64,000 nt of DNA from a virus (lineage: Duplodnaviria; Caudoviricetes), in IMG/VR virus record IMGVR_UViG_2740891882_000003, positions 1 through 64,000 of that record. The stretch is one strand, 5' to 3'. Below, piece after piece: positions 7,137 through 16,434 of the stretch; within the stretch, counting starts at the first letter, position 1, and each line of letters opens with the position of its first letter. The notes under the pieces are model-generated. The model ran no database searches and was not told the origin of the DNA. It worked only from the letters and a program-made list of their open reading frames with translations. The position numbers were made by a program, and so were the translations under genes.

Positions 7137-8381
7137 CTACCTCCGGACTATCAGGGTGCGGTGTTCGGCGGCCACGGTGAGGCGCCGGTGTTCGGCCGCG
7201 ACGGCGAGCCGCCGGCTCTCGGCGGGGATCCTGTAGGTGCGGTCCGGGCTGGGCATGTTGGTGGACGGCGCGGTGAGCGGGCGTGCCGTGTCGTGCTCCA
7301 GCGCGGTCGTCAGGGCCGCGGTCTTGGCGCCGACGAGCGGGAGTGCCGTCTCGACGGCCCATGCGGTGGCCAGCGTTCCCGGGACGGTGGGGGTGACCGG
7401 CTGGGCGGCCTCGACGGAATCGGCGATGCCGAGCGTGCCGGCCTTCACCCCGCTGAGGGCCTGCGCGGCGGCCTGTTCGGCGGCTGGGGTGAGAGCAGTC
7501 GTCTTGGCGCCGGCGACTACCTGTGCGCCGTCGACCTCCGTGGCGATACCCAGGGTGGCCGTCTTGCTGCCAACCAGTGGCTGCGCCGCCTCGGATGCCG
7601 TTGCCACGCCCAGAGTCGCAGTCTTCGTGCCCGTGACGGGCTGCGCTGCGTCGGTGGACGCTGCAGGGTTGGGCGTTGTCGCCTTGCTGCCGGTGAGCGG
7701 CTGTGCGGCTTCTGCGGCGTTGGCGAAGGTGAGGGGGCCTGTTTTGGCGCCGGTGAGGGCCTGGGCGCTGTCGGCTTCCGCGGCGACGGCGGCCGTGAGC
7801 GTCTTGGCTCCGGTGAGTGGCTGCGCTGTTTCGGTGCTGCTGCCGATGCCGAGGGTTGCGCCGGCGGTGACGTCTGCGGCGGAGAAGTCGTCGAAGCGGA
7901 TCGCCGATGCCGACTCGGAGCGGACACCGACGGACGTGCCTGTCGCAACGGCGGTGTCGGTGATGGAGATCCGCAGGGTGCCGTTGATGTAGGCCTTGAC
8001 CGCGCTGCCGACGACCTGGAGCTTCGCTACGTCGCCCGCTACGGCGGCTACGGCGTAGGTGCCGATGACGGTGAAGCTCCCGCCGACGACGGAGAAGACA
8101 TCCCAGCTAGAGCCGTTGTTGCGGAGCAGGTAGCCCTGGCTGATGTTGGAGTTGCCGCGGCACCAAATTCCGTGGCTGGCCACTGCCGTGGCAGCGATGG
8201 TGGCCTGGACGTAGTGGTCGTTCGTCGCCATGGCGGTGGCGGCGCGCAGGATGATCGTTCCGCCCGCAGAGCCTGGGCTGAGCTGGTTGGACGCGATCGA
8301 CCAGTCGCCGGACACCTCGACCCATCCGGCGCCCAGATCGGTCGAGTTCGCTCGGTTGAAGTCGTCGGTGAAGGTGGTCAC
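7137..8381 (-). CDS. Ala/Thr-rich repeat virion fibre protein with N-terminal lectin-like beta domain
   Basis: FTDDFNRANS...FDDF beta domain, then repeated E.AQPLTG.KT..L units. Confidence 0.7.
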   Translation of the reverse strand: MTTFTDDFNRANSTDLGAGWVEVSGDWSIASNQLSPGSAGGTIILRAATAMATNDHYVQATIAATAVASHGIWCRGNSNISQGYLLRNNGSSWDVFSVVGGSFTVIGTYAVAAVAGDVAKLQVVGSAVKAYINGTLRISITDTAVATGTSVGVRSESASAIRFDDFSAADVTAGATLGIGSSTETAQPLTGAKTLTAAVAAEADSAQALTGAKTGPLTFANAAEAAQPLTGSKATTPNPAASTDAAQPVTGTKTATLGVATASEAAQPLVGSKTATLGIATEVDGAQVVAGAKTTALTPAAEQAAAQALSGVKAGTLGIADSVEAAQPVTPTVPGTLATAWAVETALPLVGAKTAALTTALEHDTARPLTAPSTNMPSPDRTYRIPAESRRLAVAAEHRRLTVAAEHRTLIVRR

Positions 8382-8409
8382 GGGCGACCTCCCGCCGCTG
8401 TCGCTGCCG

Positions 8410-8856
8410 CTATGCGGTGGAGTTGGCCCGGAAGAAGTCGCTGACGGTCAGGGTGAAGTTGTTCCCGTCGGGGGTCCAGGAGATCCCGTGCTTGGTGAGG
8501 GGGATCAGGTCTGCATCCGTCCCGCCGGTGGTGTCGGGGTCATAGCAGATGACGACGGCGCCGATGGCGTTGCCGGTGGGCGAGGTCCAGGTGACGTCGG
8601 CGCAGTCGAGCGCGACGCGGTCGTTGGTGTTGTCGACGGTGACGGTGACCGATGCGAGGGTCTTGCGGCCGACGGTGGTCTGCTCGTTGGTGGTGCCGGC
8701 GACCAGCGAGGCGAGGTCAGTTTTGTCCCGCAGGACCGCGTCGGTTTCCAGGCCGCTGGACTCGAGCGGCACCAGGATCAGCGCGTCGTTGGTGGCGGGC
8801 AGCTCGGCATAGTACTTGACCTTGCCGAGGGCGATGTTGAAGACGATGTCGGCCAC
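8410..8856 (-). CDS. virion structural protein
   Basis: Beta-rich, Thr-rich; LDCADVTW...TPDGNNFTL; next to fibre gene. Confidence 0.7.
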   Translation of the reverse strand: MADIVFNIALGKVKYYAELPATNDALILVPLESSGLETDAVLRDKTDLASLVAGTTNEQTTVGRKTLASVTVTVDNTNDRVALDCADVTWTSPTGNAIGAVVICYDPDTTGGTDADLIPLTKHGISWTPDGNNFTLTVSDFFRANSTA

Positions 8857-9008
8857 GCGGTCTCCCTGAGGATGCAAGAGCCTCGGTGCGGCGGGGCCAG
8901 AGCTGTACTACGTGCAGTGTACGGAGTGAAGTGCGGGTCTGGGCGGTCGGCTTGTCAACTTGGCCCGGCTTGTGCGCCGTCAGGGACGGCTATCTCGCAC
9001 TCCAGTTC

Positions 9009-9362
9009 TCACGCGTCGACGTTGCGGAGGTAGCGTGCCGCCTGCTCCGTCATCGGCTCGGCGGGCGGCGGCTCCAGGCCGGCCTTCTTGATGTGGGACA
9101 CGAGGGAGCGCACCCGATGCAGGAGCCAGCCGATCGCCTCGTCCTGTTCGCCGATGCGTTCCCGCTGCTTCTCCGCCTCGGTTTCCTGCCGCTGCACGCG
9201 CGCTTCGAGGCGTTCGATGGCCTTGCCCTGCTGGGTGGTTACGGCCAGGAAATCGTCGCGGTTCTCCTGGCGTTTCGTTCTGCGCGCCGACCGGGCGGCC
9301 ACGACGCCGCCGCCCGTGCCTATCAGTGCCAGCCCGGCCTGAATCCAGGTGTCCACCGTCAT
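9009..9362 (-). CDS. membrane-anchored coiled-coil lysis-cassette protein
   Basis: N-terminal TM segment then heptad-like region; coupled to upstream gene. Confidence 0.7.
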   Translation of the reverse strand: MTVDTWIQAGLALIGTGGGVVAARSARRTKRQENRDDFLAVTTQQGKAIERLEARVQRQETEAEKQRERIGEQDEAIGWLLHRVRSLVSHIKKAGLEPPPAEPMTEQAARYLRNVDA

Positions 9363-9787
9363 GTGTTGCTCTCAAGTCTCTTGGGCCGGGGCGGTTCCCG
9401 CCATCCGGCGACAACCAGAACCGGGGCGGCGATCGCCCCCCACACCACTGTTGCGACCCATCCGCGCGGAAAGTCCCCGATGATCCAGGAGAGGAGGTAG
9501 GACACCGCCCACGGCAGCACCATCAACGGCAGTGCCAGGAACCCCGGCCAGTCCTTCCCTTGCGGCAGCCACGCGGAGACGATCGCGATGAGCCCGGATA
9601 TCACCCACAGCCAGCCCCACGCGTCCAGCGACATCATCTGCAGCAGGAGTCGAAGTCCGCGCAGGTCCGGTGCCGGGGAGGTGATCTGCCCGTAGCCGAT
9701 GATCGCCCACACGATGCCGTAGCAAAGGAGGATCGCGCCCCGGCGGCCGAGGGCCCCGCCCAGCCGCCGGACGATGCGGCGCGGCAC
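9359..9787 (-). CDS. multi-pass membrane protein of lysis cassette
   Basis: About four Trp-rich hydrophobic segments. Confidence 0.75.
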   Translation of the reverse strand: MPRRIVRRLGGALGRRGAILLCYGIVWAIIGYGQITSPAPDLRGLRLLLQMMSLDAWGWLWVISGLIAIVSAWLPQGKDWPGFLALPLMVLPWAVSYLLSWIIGDFPRGWVATVVWGAIAAPVLVVAGWREPPRPKRLESNT

Positions 9788-10114
9788 CTAGACGCCTCGC
9801 GGCTCGGAGCGGGTGGTCACCAAACTATCCTGCGCCTTGCCTGAGATCCCGGTCGGCTTCCACAGCCCGAAATGGGAGAGGACCGCGGTGCCGAACGAGA
9901 CGAGCGTCAGAACGATCGCAGTCCCGAGATCCCAACCGTCGGGGTGCGGGCCGGCGAGCTCGACGAGGAACCCGTTGAGGGCGGTCAGGAAAAGCAGGAG
10001 GACGGCCTTGACGCCGGCCGAGGTGACTCTGGTGGTGACGAGGCCGACGAGTACCGGCAGGACGACGCTGATGGCGAGGCCCAGCCAGTAGGCGGAGTTG
10101 AGGTTGACGTTCAT
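9788..10114 (-). CDS. holin
   Basis: Three TM segments, VLPVLVGLVT and HFGLWKPTG; follows endolysin. Confidence 0.8.
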   Translation of the reverse strand: MNVNLNSAYWLGLAISVVLPVLVGLVTTRVTSAGVKAVLLLFLTALNGFLVELAGPHPDGWDLGTAIVLTLVSFGTAVLSHFGLWKPTGISGKAQDSLVTTRSEPRGV

Positions 10115-10127
10115 GTCGGGTTCCTTC

Positions 10128-11024
10128 TCAGGAGGTGACGGTGAAGCCGTGCTTGTTGCCGAGCGCGGTCAGGGATGTTCTGCCGGGGATGCCGTCTGCG
10201 GCCGTGCCGCTGTAGCCGAGGCGTTTCTGCCAGGACCTGTAGGCGGCGATGGTGAGGGTGCCGAAGGAGCCGTCGACGTAGCTGGCCGAGAGGAGGCCTT
10301 CGGCGTGGAGGGCCTTTTCGACGAGGAGGACTTCCGTCTTGTAGGTGGTGTGGCCCTGCGCCGCGGCCGGGTCGTGGCTGGCGGCGTACACGATGTGCTT
10401 CAGCGAGACGGTCGGCTTCGTCGTCGGGGCGGCCGGGGTGGTGCCGACGAAGGCGGGCCAGTAGCCGGGGTCGGTGTGGTCGTTTTCGGGGACGTCGCCG
10501 TGCGCGTACCAGCCGGGCTTGGTGGCCCAAGTGGAGGCCGAGCGGCGGGACTTGTAGCCGTCCGGCTGCCCCATCGGCCACTCGTTGGGGACGCCCCAGG
10601 AGTGCACCCACGCCTGGAGGTCCGCCCAGCCCTTGCAGGGGGTGTCGGACAGCTTGGCGTACACCGTCGATCCGACGCGGCAGTACGGGAAGAACAGGGC
10701 CTCGACCTGAATGACGACGGAGCCGGCCCGGTTGGTGCGGGTGCCGCCGGCCTGGTCGACGAGGCTCTTGGAGCGGGAGTTGGCGGGCACGAACTGGGTG
10801 AACCTGCCGGTGAACGGGTCCCACAGGATGTGCGGGGCGACGCCCGCGCCGCTGCTGGCGAAATAGGAGCGCAGCGCTTCGTAGGAGACGAGGTCGGCGG
10901 GCTTGGCCGCGGTGGCGTTGCGATCCCACGTGATGTGCCCGATGGCCTTGGCGGGGCCGCCGTCGGTTGCGGCGTGGTCGCCGATGTCGAGTTTCGTCGC
11001 GCCGGGCATCCACAGCTCAGGCAT
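10128..11024 (-). CDS. endolysin: amidase-like domain plus peptidoglycan-binding domain
   Basis: GHIT, PHILW, AHGDVPENDHTDPG; C-terminal DGSFG..T...WQKRLG...ADGIPG. Confidence 0.88.
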   Translation of the reverse strand: MPELWMPGATKLDIGDHAATDGGPAKAIGHITWDRNATAAKPADLVSYEALRSYFASSGAGVAPHILWDPFTGRFTQFVPANSRSKSLVDQAGGTRTNRAGSVVIQVEALFFPYCRVGSTVYAKLSDTPCKGWADLQAWVHSWGVPNEWPMGQPDGYKSRRSASTWATKPGWYAHGDVPENDHTDPGYWPAFVGTTPAAPTTKPTVSLKHIVYAASHDPAAAQGHTTYKTEVLLVEKALHAEGLLSASYVDGSFGTLTIAAYRSWQKRLGYSGTAADGIPGRTSLTALGNKHGFTVTS

Positions 11025-11853
11025 GGTCGCTCCCGATGTTGTTGTCGATCGCCCACGCCTGCATCAGCCCGTCGAGTTGAAGCGCGAGAGTAGCCGCCTG
11101 AACCAGTCGAGGATCAACTGGAGAAGGCGTGGGCAAGGGAGGAGGGGTGGGCACGGTGGCCCAGGCGGGGACGGTGACGTCGCCCTGTTGGGAGAGCAGC
11201 CACTGCAGGTCCGCGGCTGTCACCCATGCCGAGCCGCGGACGCCCCACGACTCGCCCCACGAGTTGTCGATACGGAACTGGCCCGCGCCCGCGTCGTAGG
11301 CGGAGATCACGTACTCGTGACCGCCTGCGACCTCGGAGTGCCGGTCCACGATGACGTTGCCGGCCACCGTGGGGTCGAACATGCTGTACAGCCACACCGT
11401 GCCGACCATCACAGGCCCGGCCTGGAGCGCGGACTTCAGGGCGTCCAGGGAGAACGCGTGCGCATATCCGGCCGCCAGCCCGAGCTTCTTCAGGGCCTTC
11501 GCGGCACCGAGCCCTGAGCTGCCGGTGTCGTCGGGCGGGTAGGTGCCTTTGATGCTGTCGAATCGCGTGGCGAGCTTGTAGACCTGCACGGCGAGGTCTT
11601 CGTCGACGGGGAGGACGTGGCCGTCGAGGGTGACTGAGGTGAGGCCGGTGCGGGCTGCCGAGTCGGTTCCGAGGAGGCCGGTGGCGGCGTTGCCGGTGCA
11701 GCTGCCGAGGTTGCCTTGGTCGAAGATCGGGGCCCTGCGGGTCCAGTCGACGCTTTTGATGGCGGTCTTGGGGAGGACGCCGTGGGCGTAGGCCAGGGAG
11801 CGGGGGTCGTGTTCGACGTGGCGGCCGAGGCGTCTCGGTGGGTGTGTGGCCAT
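11017..11853 (-). CDS. papain-like (C1) cysteine peptidase
   Basis: DQGNLGSCTG, GGHEY and NSWGESWG catalytic motifs. Confidence 0.88.
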   Translation of the reverse strand: MATHPPRRLGRHVEHDPRSLAYAHGVLPKTAIKSVDWTRRAPIFDQGNLGSCTGNAATGLLGTDSAARTGLTSVTLDGHVLPVDEDLAVQVYKLATRFDSIKGTYPPDDTGSSGLGAAKALKKLGLAAGYAHAFSLDALKSALQAGPVMVGTVWLYSMFDPTVAGNVIVDRHSEVAGGHEYVISAYDAGAGQFRIDNSWGESWGVRGSAWVTAADLQWLLSQQGDVTVPAWATVPTPPPLPTPSPVDPRLVQAATLALQLDGLMQAWAIDNNIGSDHA

Positions 11854-11877
11854 GCGGGTCCCCTCAGGGTCGTCATT

Positions 11878-11931
11878 ACCTTCGAATCGTAGCTTGCACC
11901 CCGCCATTCACCTACGAATCACAGGTAGTAT
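11878..11931. promoter_or_regulatory. divergent promoter region with two CCTWCGAATC operator-like palindromes
   Basis: ACCTTCGAATCGTAG (11878) and ACCTACGAATCACAGGT (11910); TACGAT leftward and TAGTAT rightward -10 candidates. Confidence 0.6.
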
Positions 11932-11957
11932 CGGGTTAGGTTCTGGCTCAGGAACCG

Positions 11958-11997
11958 GTGGCAGGGGTGTGGCCGTGCGGGTCTGCACCCCTGCCAC
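11958..11997 (+). other. strong leader hairpin upstream of glycosylation cassette
   Basis: GTGGCAGGGGTG / CACCCCTGCCAC 12-bp perfect stem. Confidence 0.55.
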
Positions 11998-12046
11998 GCC
12001 AAAACCCGCGCCCACCCGCACACCTGACCCGCACAGGAGCACGCCC

Positions 12047-12154
12047 ATGGCCGCAATCACCGCAGCGCTGTCGCTGCTCTTCGCGTTCGTCGTACTCGCG
12101 CAGCCCGTCGAGGCGCGCATCGACTACACGCCCGCCGTCTGGAGCAGCCGATGA
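12047..12154 (+). CDS. small hydrophobic peptide
   Basis: AGGAG RBS; signal-like MAAITAALSLLFAFVVLA; ATGA coupling. Confidence 0.55.
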   Translation: MAAITAALSLLFAFVVLAQPVEARIDYTPAVWSSR

Positions 12155-12894
12155 GCAGCATCGACGTTCCCGAGGCGTGCCCGCACTGCGACGACGCACC
12201 GCCCTCCCTCCAGCTCGACGCGCACGTTGCCCGCACGCACGCCGACCTCCCGCCCTGCACCGCCCGCATCGAAACCGCGCACGGCGAGACCTACACGTGC
12301 GGCTTCCGAGCCGGTCACGCCAGGGGCGAGTACGGCACGTGGCATGCCAGCAAGCGCGGTGCAGACATGGGGCGTTACATCTGGAACGACACTGCGACGG
12401 GCGCCACGCCCCACCGGCCGCCTGAACAGTCCGACGCTGACGTTCTCGCCAAGTTCAAGCGCATGGGCGCCGTCTCCCACACCGTCGTAGCGACGAGCGA
12501 AGTCCCCGACTCGCAGGACACCGGGAGTCGTTGCCCGCGCTGCGACTGCCCCGACGGCCACACGCAGTGCGACCACTGCAAGGTCTGCCCCCACGCGGAC
12601 GGCGGGCCGAAAGAACCGACGCACCTCACCTACGAACAGCTCCTGCCTGTCGTTGCAGCTGTTTACCGGCGCGAGGCATACGCCCCCGCAGGGGCGGTAT
12701 TTCTCCTGCCGCCGTTCCCTGACTGCCCCACCTGCGGACAGCCGCCCGCCGAACTGTTCGTCAGGAACGACCACCCCGCCCAGTTCCTCAAAGACGAGGT
12801 CGGCTTCGGCTTCCGGCCCTGCGGCCACACCTTCACCGCCGACGGCGAGGACCTCTTCCGGGCATACGACCAGGCACGCAGAGAGGCGCCATGA
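12151..12894 (+). CDS. Cys/His-rich multi-zinc-finger-like protein
   Basis: CPHC..H..H, CPRCDC..CDHCKVC, CPTC..PCGH. Confidence 0.7.
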   Translation: MSSIDVPEACPHCDDAPPSLQLDAHVARTHADLPPCTARIETAHGETYTCGFRAGHARGEYGTWHASKRGADMGRYIWNDTATGATPHRPPEQSDADVLAKFKRMGAVSHTVVATSEVPDSQDTGSRCPRCDCPDGHTQCDHCKVCPHADGGPKEPTHLTYEQLLPVVAAVYRREAYAPAGAVFLLPPFPDCPTCGQPPAELFVRNDHPAQFLKDEVGFGFRPCGHTFTADGEDLFRAYDQARREAP

Positions 12895-13043
12895 ATACCG
12901 CCATCGCCATCACGGCGATCATCGCCGCCGTCGCCCTGCTGAACTCCGGCATCACAGCCCTCCGCGACGTCGCCAAGGCCAAGCACACCGCCACCCGCTG
13001 CCCCAACTGCGGGCGCGACAACAGCAAGGAGAACGAGGCATGA
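12891..13043 (+). CDS. small membrane protein with CxxC
   Basis: ATGA overlaps at both ends; MNTAIAITAIIAAVALL...CPNC. Confidence 0.6.
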   Translation: MNTAIAITAIIAAVALLNSGITALRDVAKAKHTATRCPNCGRDNSKENEA

Positions 13044-13993
13044 GCGTCTACGGCGTCAGCGGAGGGCAGGGCTTCATCGGCTCCTACGTCCGCAAGGAAC
13101 TCCTCGGCCGCGGCCACGAGGTCGTCGTCTTCGACCGCCACCCGCACACCGAGATGGCGCCCGGCGAGACGTTCTTCCTCGGAGACATCCGCGACGAGAC
13201 ATCCGTCGTCGAACTCGCCGCGCACGTCGAGGGGGTCATCCACCTGGCGGCCGTGCTGGGCACGCAGGAGACGATCGGGAACCCGCGCCCGTCGGCGGAG
13301 ACGAACATCCGGGGCTCGCTCAACGTGTTCGAGGCGGCCAACCAGTACGGGCTCCCCGTCGTCTACGCGGGCGTCGGCAACGCGTTTATGAGGGATCTGG
13401 GCACCGGCTCGTACACCATCTCCAAGACGGCCGCCGAGGACTATGCGCGGATGTTCAACGCGTACCGCGGCGGCCGCATCACGATCGTGCGCCCCGTCAA
13501 CGCCTACGGCCCTGGCCAGAGCGTGGCGGCCCCCTACGGCACGTCCAAGGTGCGCAAGATCGCGCCTTCGTTCGCGTGCCGCGCCCTCGCGGGAGCCGAC
13601 ATTGAGGTGTACGGGGACGGCACCCAGATCTCCGACTGCGTGTACGTCGCCGACGTCGCCCGCGCGTTCGTCACCGCGCTGGAGCACACCGCCGTCAACG
13701 GGCCCACCGAACGGCCCGTCGAATGCGGGCCGCTGGACTCCGTCACCGTCAACGACATCGCCCGCCTCGTCGCCGAAGAAGCCACCCGGTACACCGGCCG
13801 CGAACCCGTCGCCATCAAGCACCTGCCCATGCGGCCCGGCGAAGTCCCCAACGCGGTGGTGAAGTCGGACACGTCCACGCTGCAGCAGATCGGCATGACC
13901 GCCGCCGACTTCGTGCCCCTCGACGAGGGCATCCACCACACCGTCCGCTACTACGCCGAGCAGTGGCTCCCCGGATATCTGGCGGCGGCCTGA
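13040..13993 (+). CDS. NAD-dependent nucleotide-sugar epimerase/dehydratase (extended SDR)
   Basis: GGQGFIG, HLAA, YTISK (YxxxK), NAYGPGQ, GDGTQISD.VYV.DVA. Confidence 0.92.
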   Translation: MSVYGVSGGQGFIGSYVRKELLGRGHEVVVFDRHPHTEMAPGETFFLGDIRDETSVVELAAHVEGVIHLAAVLGTQETIGNPRPSAETNIRGSLNVFEAANQYGLPVVYAGVGNAFMRDLGTGSYTISKTAAEDYARMFNAYRGGRITIVRPVNAYGPGQSVAAPYGTSKVRKIAPSFACRALAGADIEVYGDGTQISDCVYVADVARAFVTALEHTAVNGPTERPVECGPLDSVTVNDIARLVAEEATRYTGREPVAIKHLPMRPGEVPNAVVKSDTSTLQQIGMTAADFVPLDEGIHHTVRYYAEQWLPGYLAAA

Positions 13994-13994
13994 C

Positions 13995-14990
13995 GTGCGC
14001 GTCCATTTCTGGTCGGCTGACACGGCGGGCTCGTCCCTGTACCGGGCGATCCTGCCCGGGATGAGCCTGCAATGGCTCGGGCACAACGTGTCCGGCGGGA
14101 TGCGGCTCCCCCAGGACTGGCCAGCCCTAGACGCGGTCGTCGGCTGCCGGGTAGCCAAGCGCGAGCCGTCCCTCATGTGGCACAAGCTGAAGGGCGAGGG
14201 GAAGCGGCTCATCCTCGACCTTGACGACGACTACTTCCACATCGACCCCAGCAACCAGGAAGCACGCCGCGTCTGGGATGTTGACATGCTCGGCAGGCTC
14301 GTCGCGAACATGCAGGTCGCCGACCTCGTCACCTGCTGCTCCGAGCCTCTCGCCGCCGTCCTCCGTGACTACGCGCCGGATGTGCGGGTCATCCCGAACG
14401 GGCTGCCGGCGCAGTACCTCGGCACCCCACGAGACTACGAGGCTGCGGGCCGGCCGCTGTCCGTCGGCTGGGCCGGCACCAGCAGCACGGTTGCCGAGCT
14501 TCCCGAGGCCGTGCGGTCGTTGAACCGGATCGCGCAGTATCCGCGACCCGGCGGCGGGGTGCAGGTGCGGATCGTCGGCATCAGCCCCGAGCACGCGATG
14601 GCGCTGCGGCTGCGTGGCAGGCGGGTTGGTGCGTTGGGTTGGGTGGAGCGGTTCGAGCATTACATGCAGGCGGTCGGCGAGTGGGATGTGTGGGTGGCGC
14701 CGTACCGGGACACGGCGTTCAACCGGGCGAAGTTCCCGACGAAATTCTTGGAATCGTCGATCCTGGGTATCCCATTGATCGCGTCCGATATCGAGCCGTA
14801 TCGGCGTGTCATCAAACACGGGTGGAACGGATTCCTCGTCAAATACGAACACGAGTGGGGTAGACTTCTCAAAAGACTTGCTGACGATCCAGAGTTGCGG
14901 CAACAGATCGGCATGAACGCCAGATCCGACGCCTCTGGAAGAATCATGCAGGCGATCAATTTCCAGTGGGAAGAAGTGCTCACTCCATGA
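13995..14990 (+). CDS. GT-B fold glycosyltransferase (GT4-like)
   Basis: ILDLDDDY, VIPNGL, VGWAG, FNRAK..KFLE...GIPLIASD..PY...G.NGFL. Confidence 0.88.
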   Translation: MRVHFWSADTAGSSLYRAILPGMSLQWLGHNVSGGMRLPQDWPALDAVVGCRVAKREPSLMWHKLKGEGKRLILDLDDDYFHIDPSNQEARRVWDVDMLGRLVANMQVADLVTCCSEPLAAVLRDYAPDVRVIPNGLPAQYLGTPRDYEAAGRPLSVGWAGTSSTVAELPEAVRSLNRIAQYPRPGGGVQVRIVGISPEHAMALRLRGRRVGALGWVERFEHYMQAVGEWDVWVAPYRDTAFNRAKFPTKFLESSILGIPLIASDIEPYRRVIKHGWNGFLVKYEHEWGRLLKRLADDPELRQQIGMNARSDASGRIMQAINFQWEEVLTP

Positions 14991-15526
14991 CCTGCATATT
15001 CGAATCGTGCGACGGTTCAGTGGTCGCACGCGGGCTCTGCAACCGCCACTACAAGGCAGTTCAAGCATCCGGCGAGCTGGAAAAGTACGCTACGACGCTA
15101 CCGACCCCAGAGGCCAGGTTCCGGGCGAAGGTCGACATAGGCGGACCGGACGACTGCTGGCCCTATCAGGGGACACGAGACCGACGCGGATACGGTGTCA
15201 TCTACTTCGAGGGCAAAAATCGCGGAACTCACCGCCTTGCCTTCTACTTCGCCAATGGACGCTGGCCTGAGCCTGAGTGCCTGCACTCTTGCGACAACCC
15301 CCCATGCTGCAATCCGGCGCATCTCTCCGAAGGAACCCATGCGGAGAATATGCAAGGAGCTGTCGCACGTGGCCGCTACGCGACACAGAACCGGACGCAT
15401 TGCCCGCACGGGCATGAGTACACGGAGGAAAACACCTACTACAGCCCAGACAGGCCGACGCATCGGCTTTGCCGAACGTGTCGTCGAGAGGCGCGCCAGC
15501 GGTTCTATGCACAGAGGGGCGCCTGA
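14987..15526 (+). CDS. HNH endonuclease
   Basis: CWPYQG..GYG, THRLAF, LHSCDNPPCCNPAHL.EGT..EN, CPHGH. Confidence 0.9.
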   Translation: MTCIFESCDGSVVARGLCNRHYKAVQASGELEKYATTLPTPEARFRAKVDIGGPDDCWPYQGTRDRRGYGVIYFEGKNRGTHRLAFYFANGRWPEPECLHSCDNPPCCNPAHLSEGTHAENMQGAVARGRYATQNRTHCPHGHEYTEENTYYSPDRPTHRLCRTCRREARQRFYAQRGA

Positions 15527-15527
15527 G

Positions 15528-15881
15528 ATGTCGAGCCGTGGAGATGGCAGTGGCAGGGATGCGGAGGGGCGTAGGGCGATCCCTGTCGGCCCGACGGGCG
15601 ATCAGGTCCGCAAGAACCTAGCCCGCCTGCGGGCGCTCCGTGGACTGACTACGCGCCGACTTTCCGAGGCGTGCGAGGGGCTGGGGCGCCCGATCCCACC
15701 AACTGGCATTACGCGCATCGAGAAGGGTGAGCGGCGGGTTGACGTCGACGACTTGATCGTCCTCGCCAAGGCTCTTCAAGTGCCGTATCAGCGGCTCATC
15801 GAATCACCTGCCGGGTGCGTGACCTGCGAGGGAGCGCCCCCTGTGGGTTTCACATGCAAGGAATGCGGGGCTGAGGGATGA
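15528..15881 (+). CDS. XRE HTH with C-terminal Zn ribbon
   Basis: ITRIEKGERRVDVDDL..LA.AL; CVTC..PPVGFTCKECG. Confidence 0.82.
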   Translation: MSSRGDGSGRDAEGRRAIPVGPTGDQVRKNLARLRALRGLTTRRLSEACEGLGRPIPPTGITRIEKGERRVDVDDLIVLAKALQVPYQRLIESPAGCVTCEGAPPVGFTCKECGAEG

Positions 15882-16183
15882 CTCAGGGAGTAGTCAGTGC
15901 AGAGGCGGGCGCGCGGATCAAGCGCGCCCGGAAGGGGCGCGGGCTCTCGGCCCAGGCTCTAGCTGATGCGATCACGGCTCGCGGGTACACAGTGCGCCGA
16001 CCAACACTCGCGAAGATCGAGAACGGCATTCAGGAGACGACGCCCGTTGACGTCGTCGTGCACGCAGCTCGGGTTCTCCAAGTGCCCGTGCTCACCCTTC
16101 TGGGTGATGGGCCATGGTGCGAGCACTGTAGTGACGCGCCGCCGCCCGGGTTCGCATGCACCCATTGCGGGGCCACAGCGTGA
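15878..16183 (+). CDS. XRE HTH with C-terminal Zn ribbon
   Basis: RGLSAQALA...LAKIENG; CEHC..PPPGFACTHCG. Confidence 0.82.
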   Translation: MTQGVVSAEAGARIKRARKGRGLSAQALADAITARGYTVRRPTLAKIENGIQETTPVDVVVHAARVLQVPVLTLLGDGPWCEHCSDAPPPGFACTHCGATA

Positions 16184-16434
16184 CCAGCGAACTGTCCTGC
16201 TGCCAGGGCTTTCCGGAGCACACCTACGGCGAGGACTGCCTGCTCCACAGCAAGGAAGCATTCGATGTCGGCACCGATGAGGGGCGCAAGGCGCTCGCCC
16301 AGAAGATGGTGGACGACTGGCGCGAGAACGGCGGCGTACTGACGCCAGGCATGACATACATCCGCCTTGAACCCGGCGAGCACGTTCTCAGCCAGGAAGA
16401 CGTCCACCGCCTCCTCGACGGGGAGGGGACATGA
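16180..16434 (+). CDS. hypothetical protein
   Basis: GTGA and ATGA coupling within the operon. Confidence 0.6.
   Translation: MTSELSCCQGFPEHTYGEDCLLHSKEAFDVGTDEGRKALAQKMVDDWRENGGVLTPGMTYIRLEPGEHVLSQEDVHRLLDGEGT

Noticed and set aside
14999-15008. Extra copy of the late motif (TTCGAATCGT)
   Set aside because: Only the 10-nt core matches, inside the HNH coding sequence, without the flanking CCT/AG.
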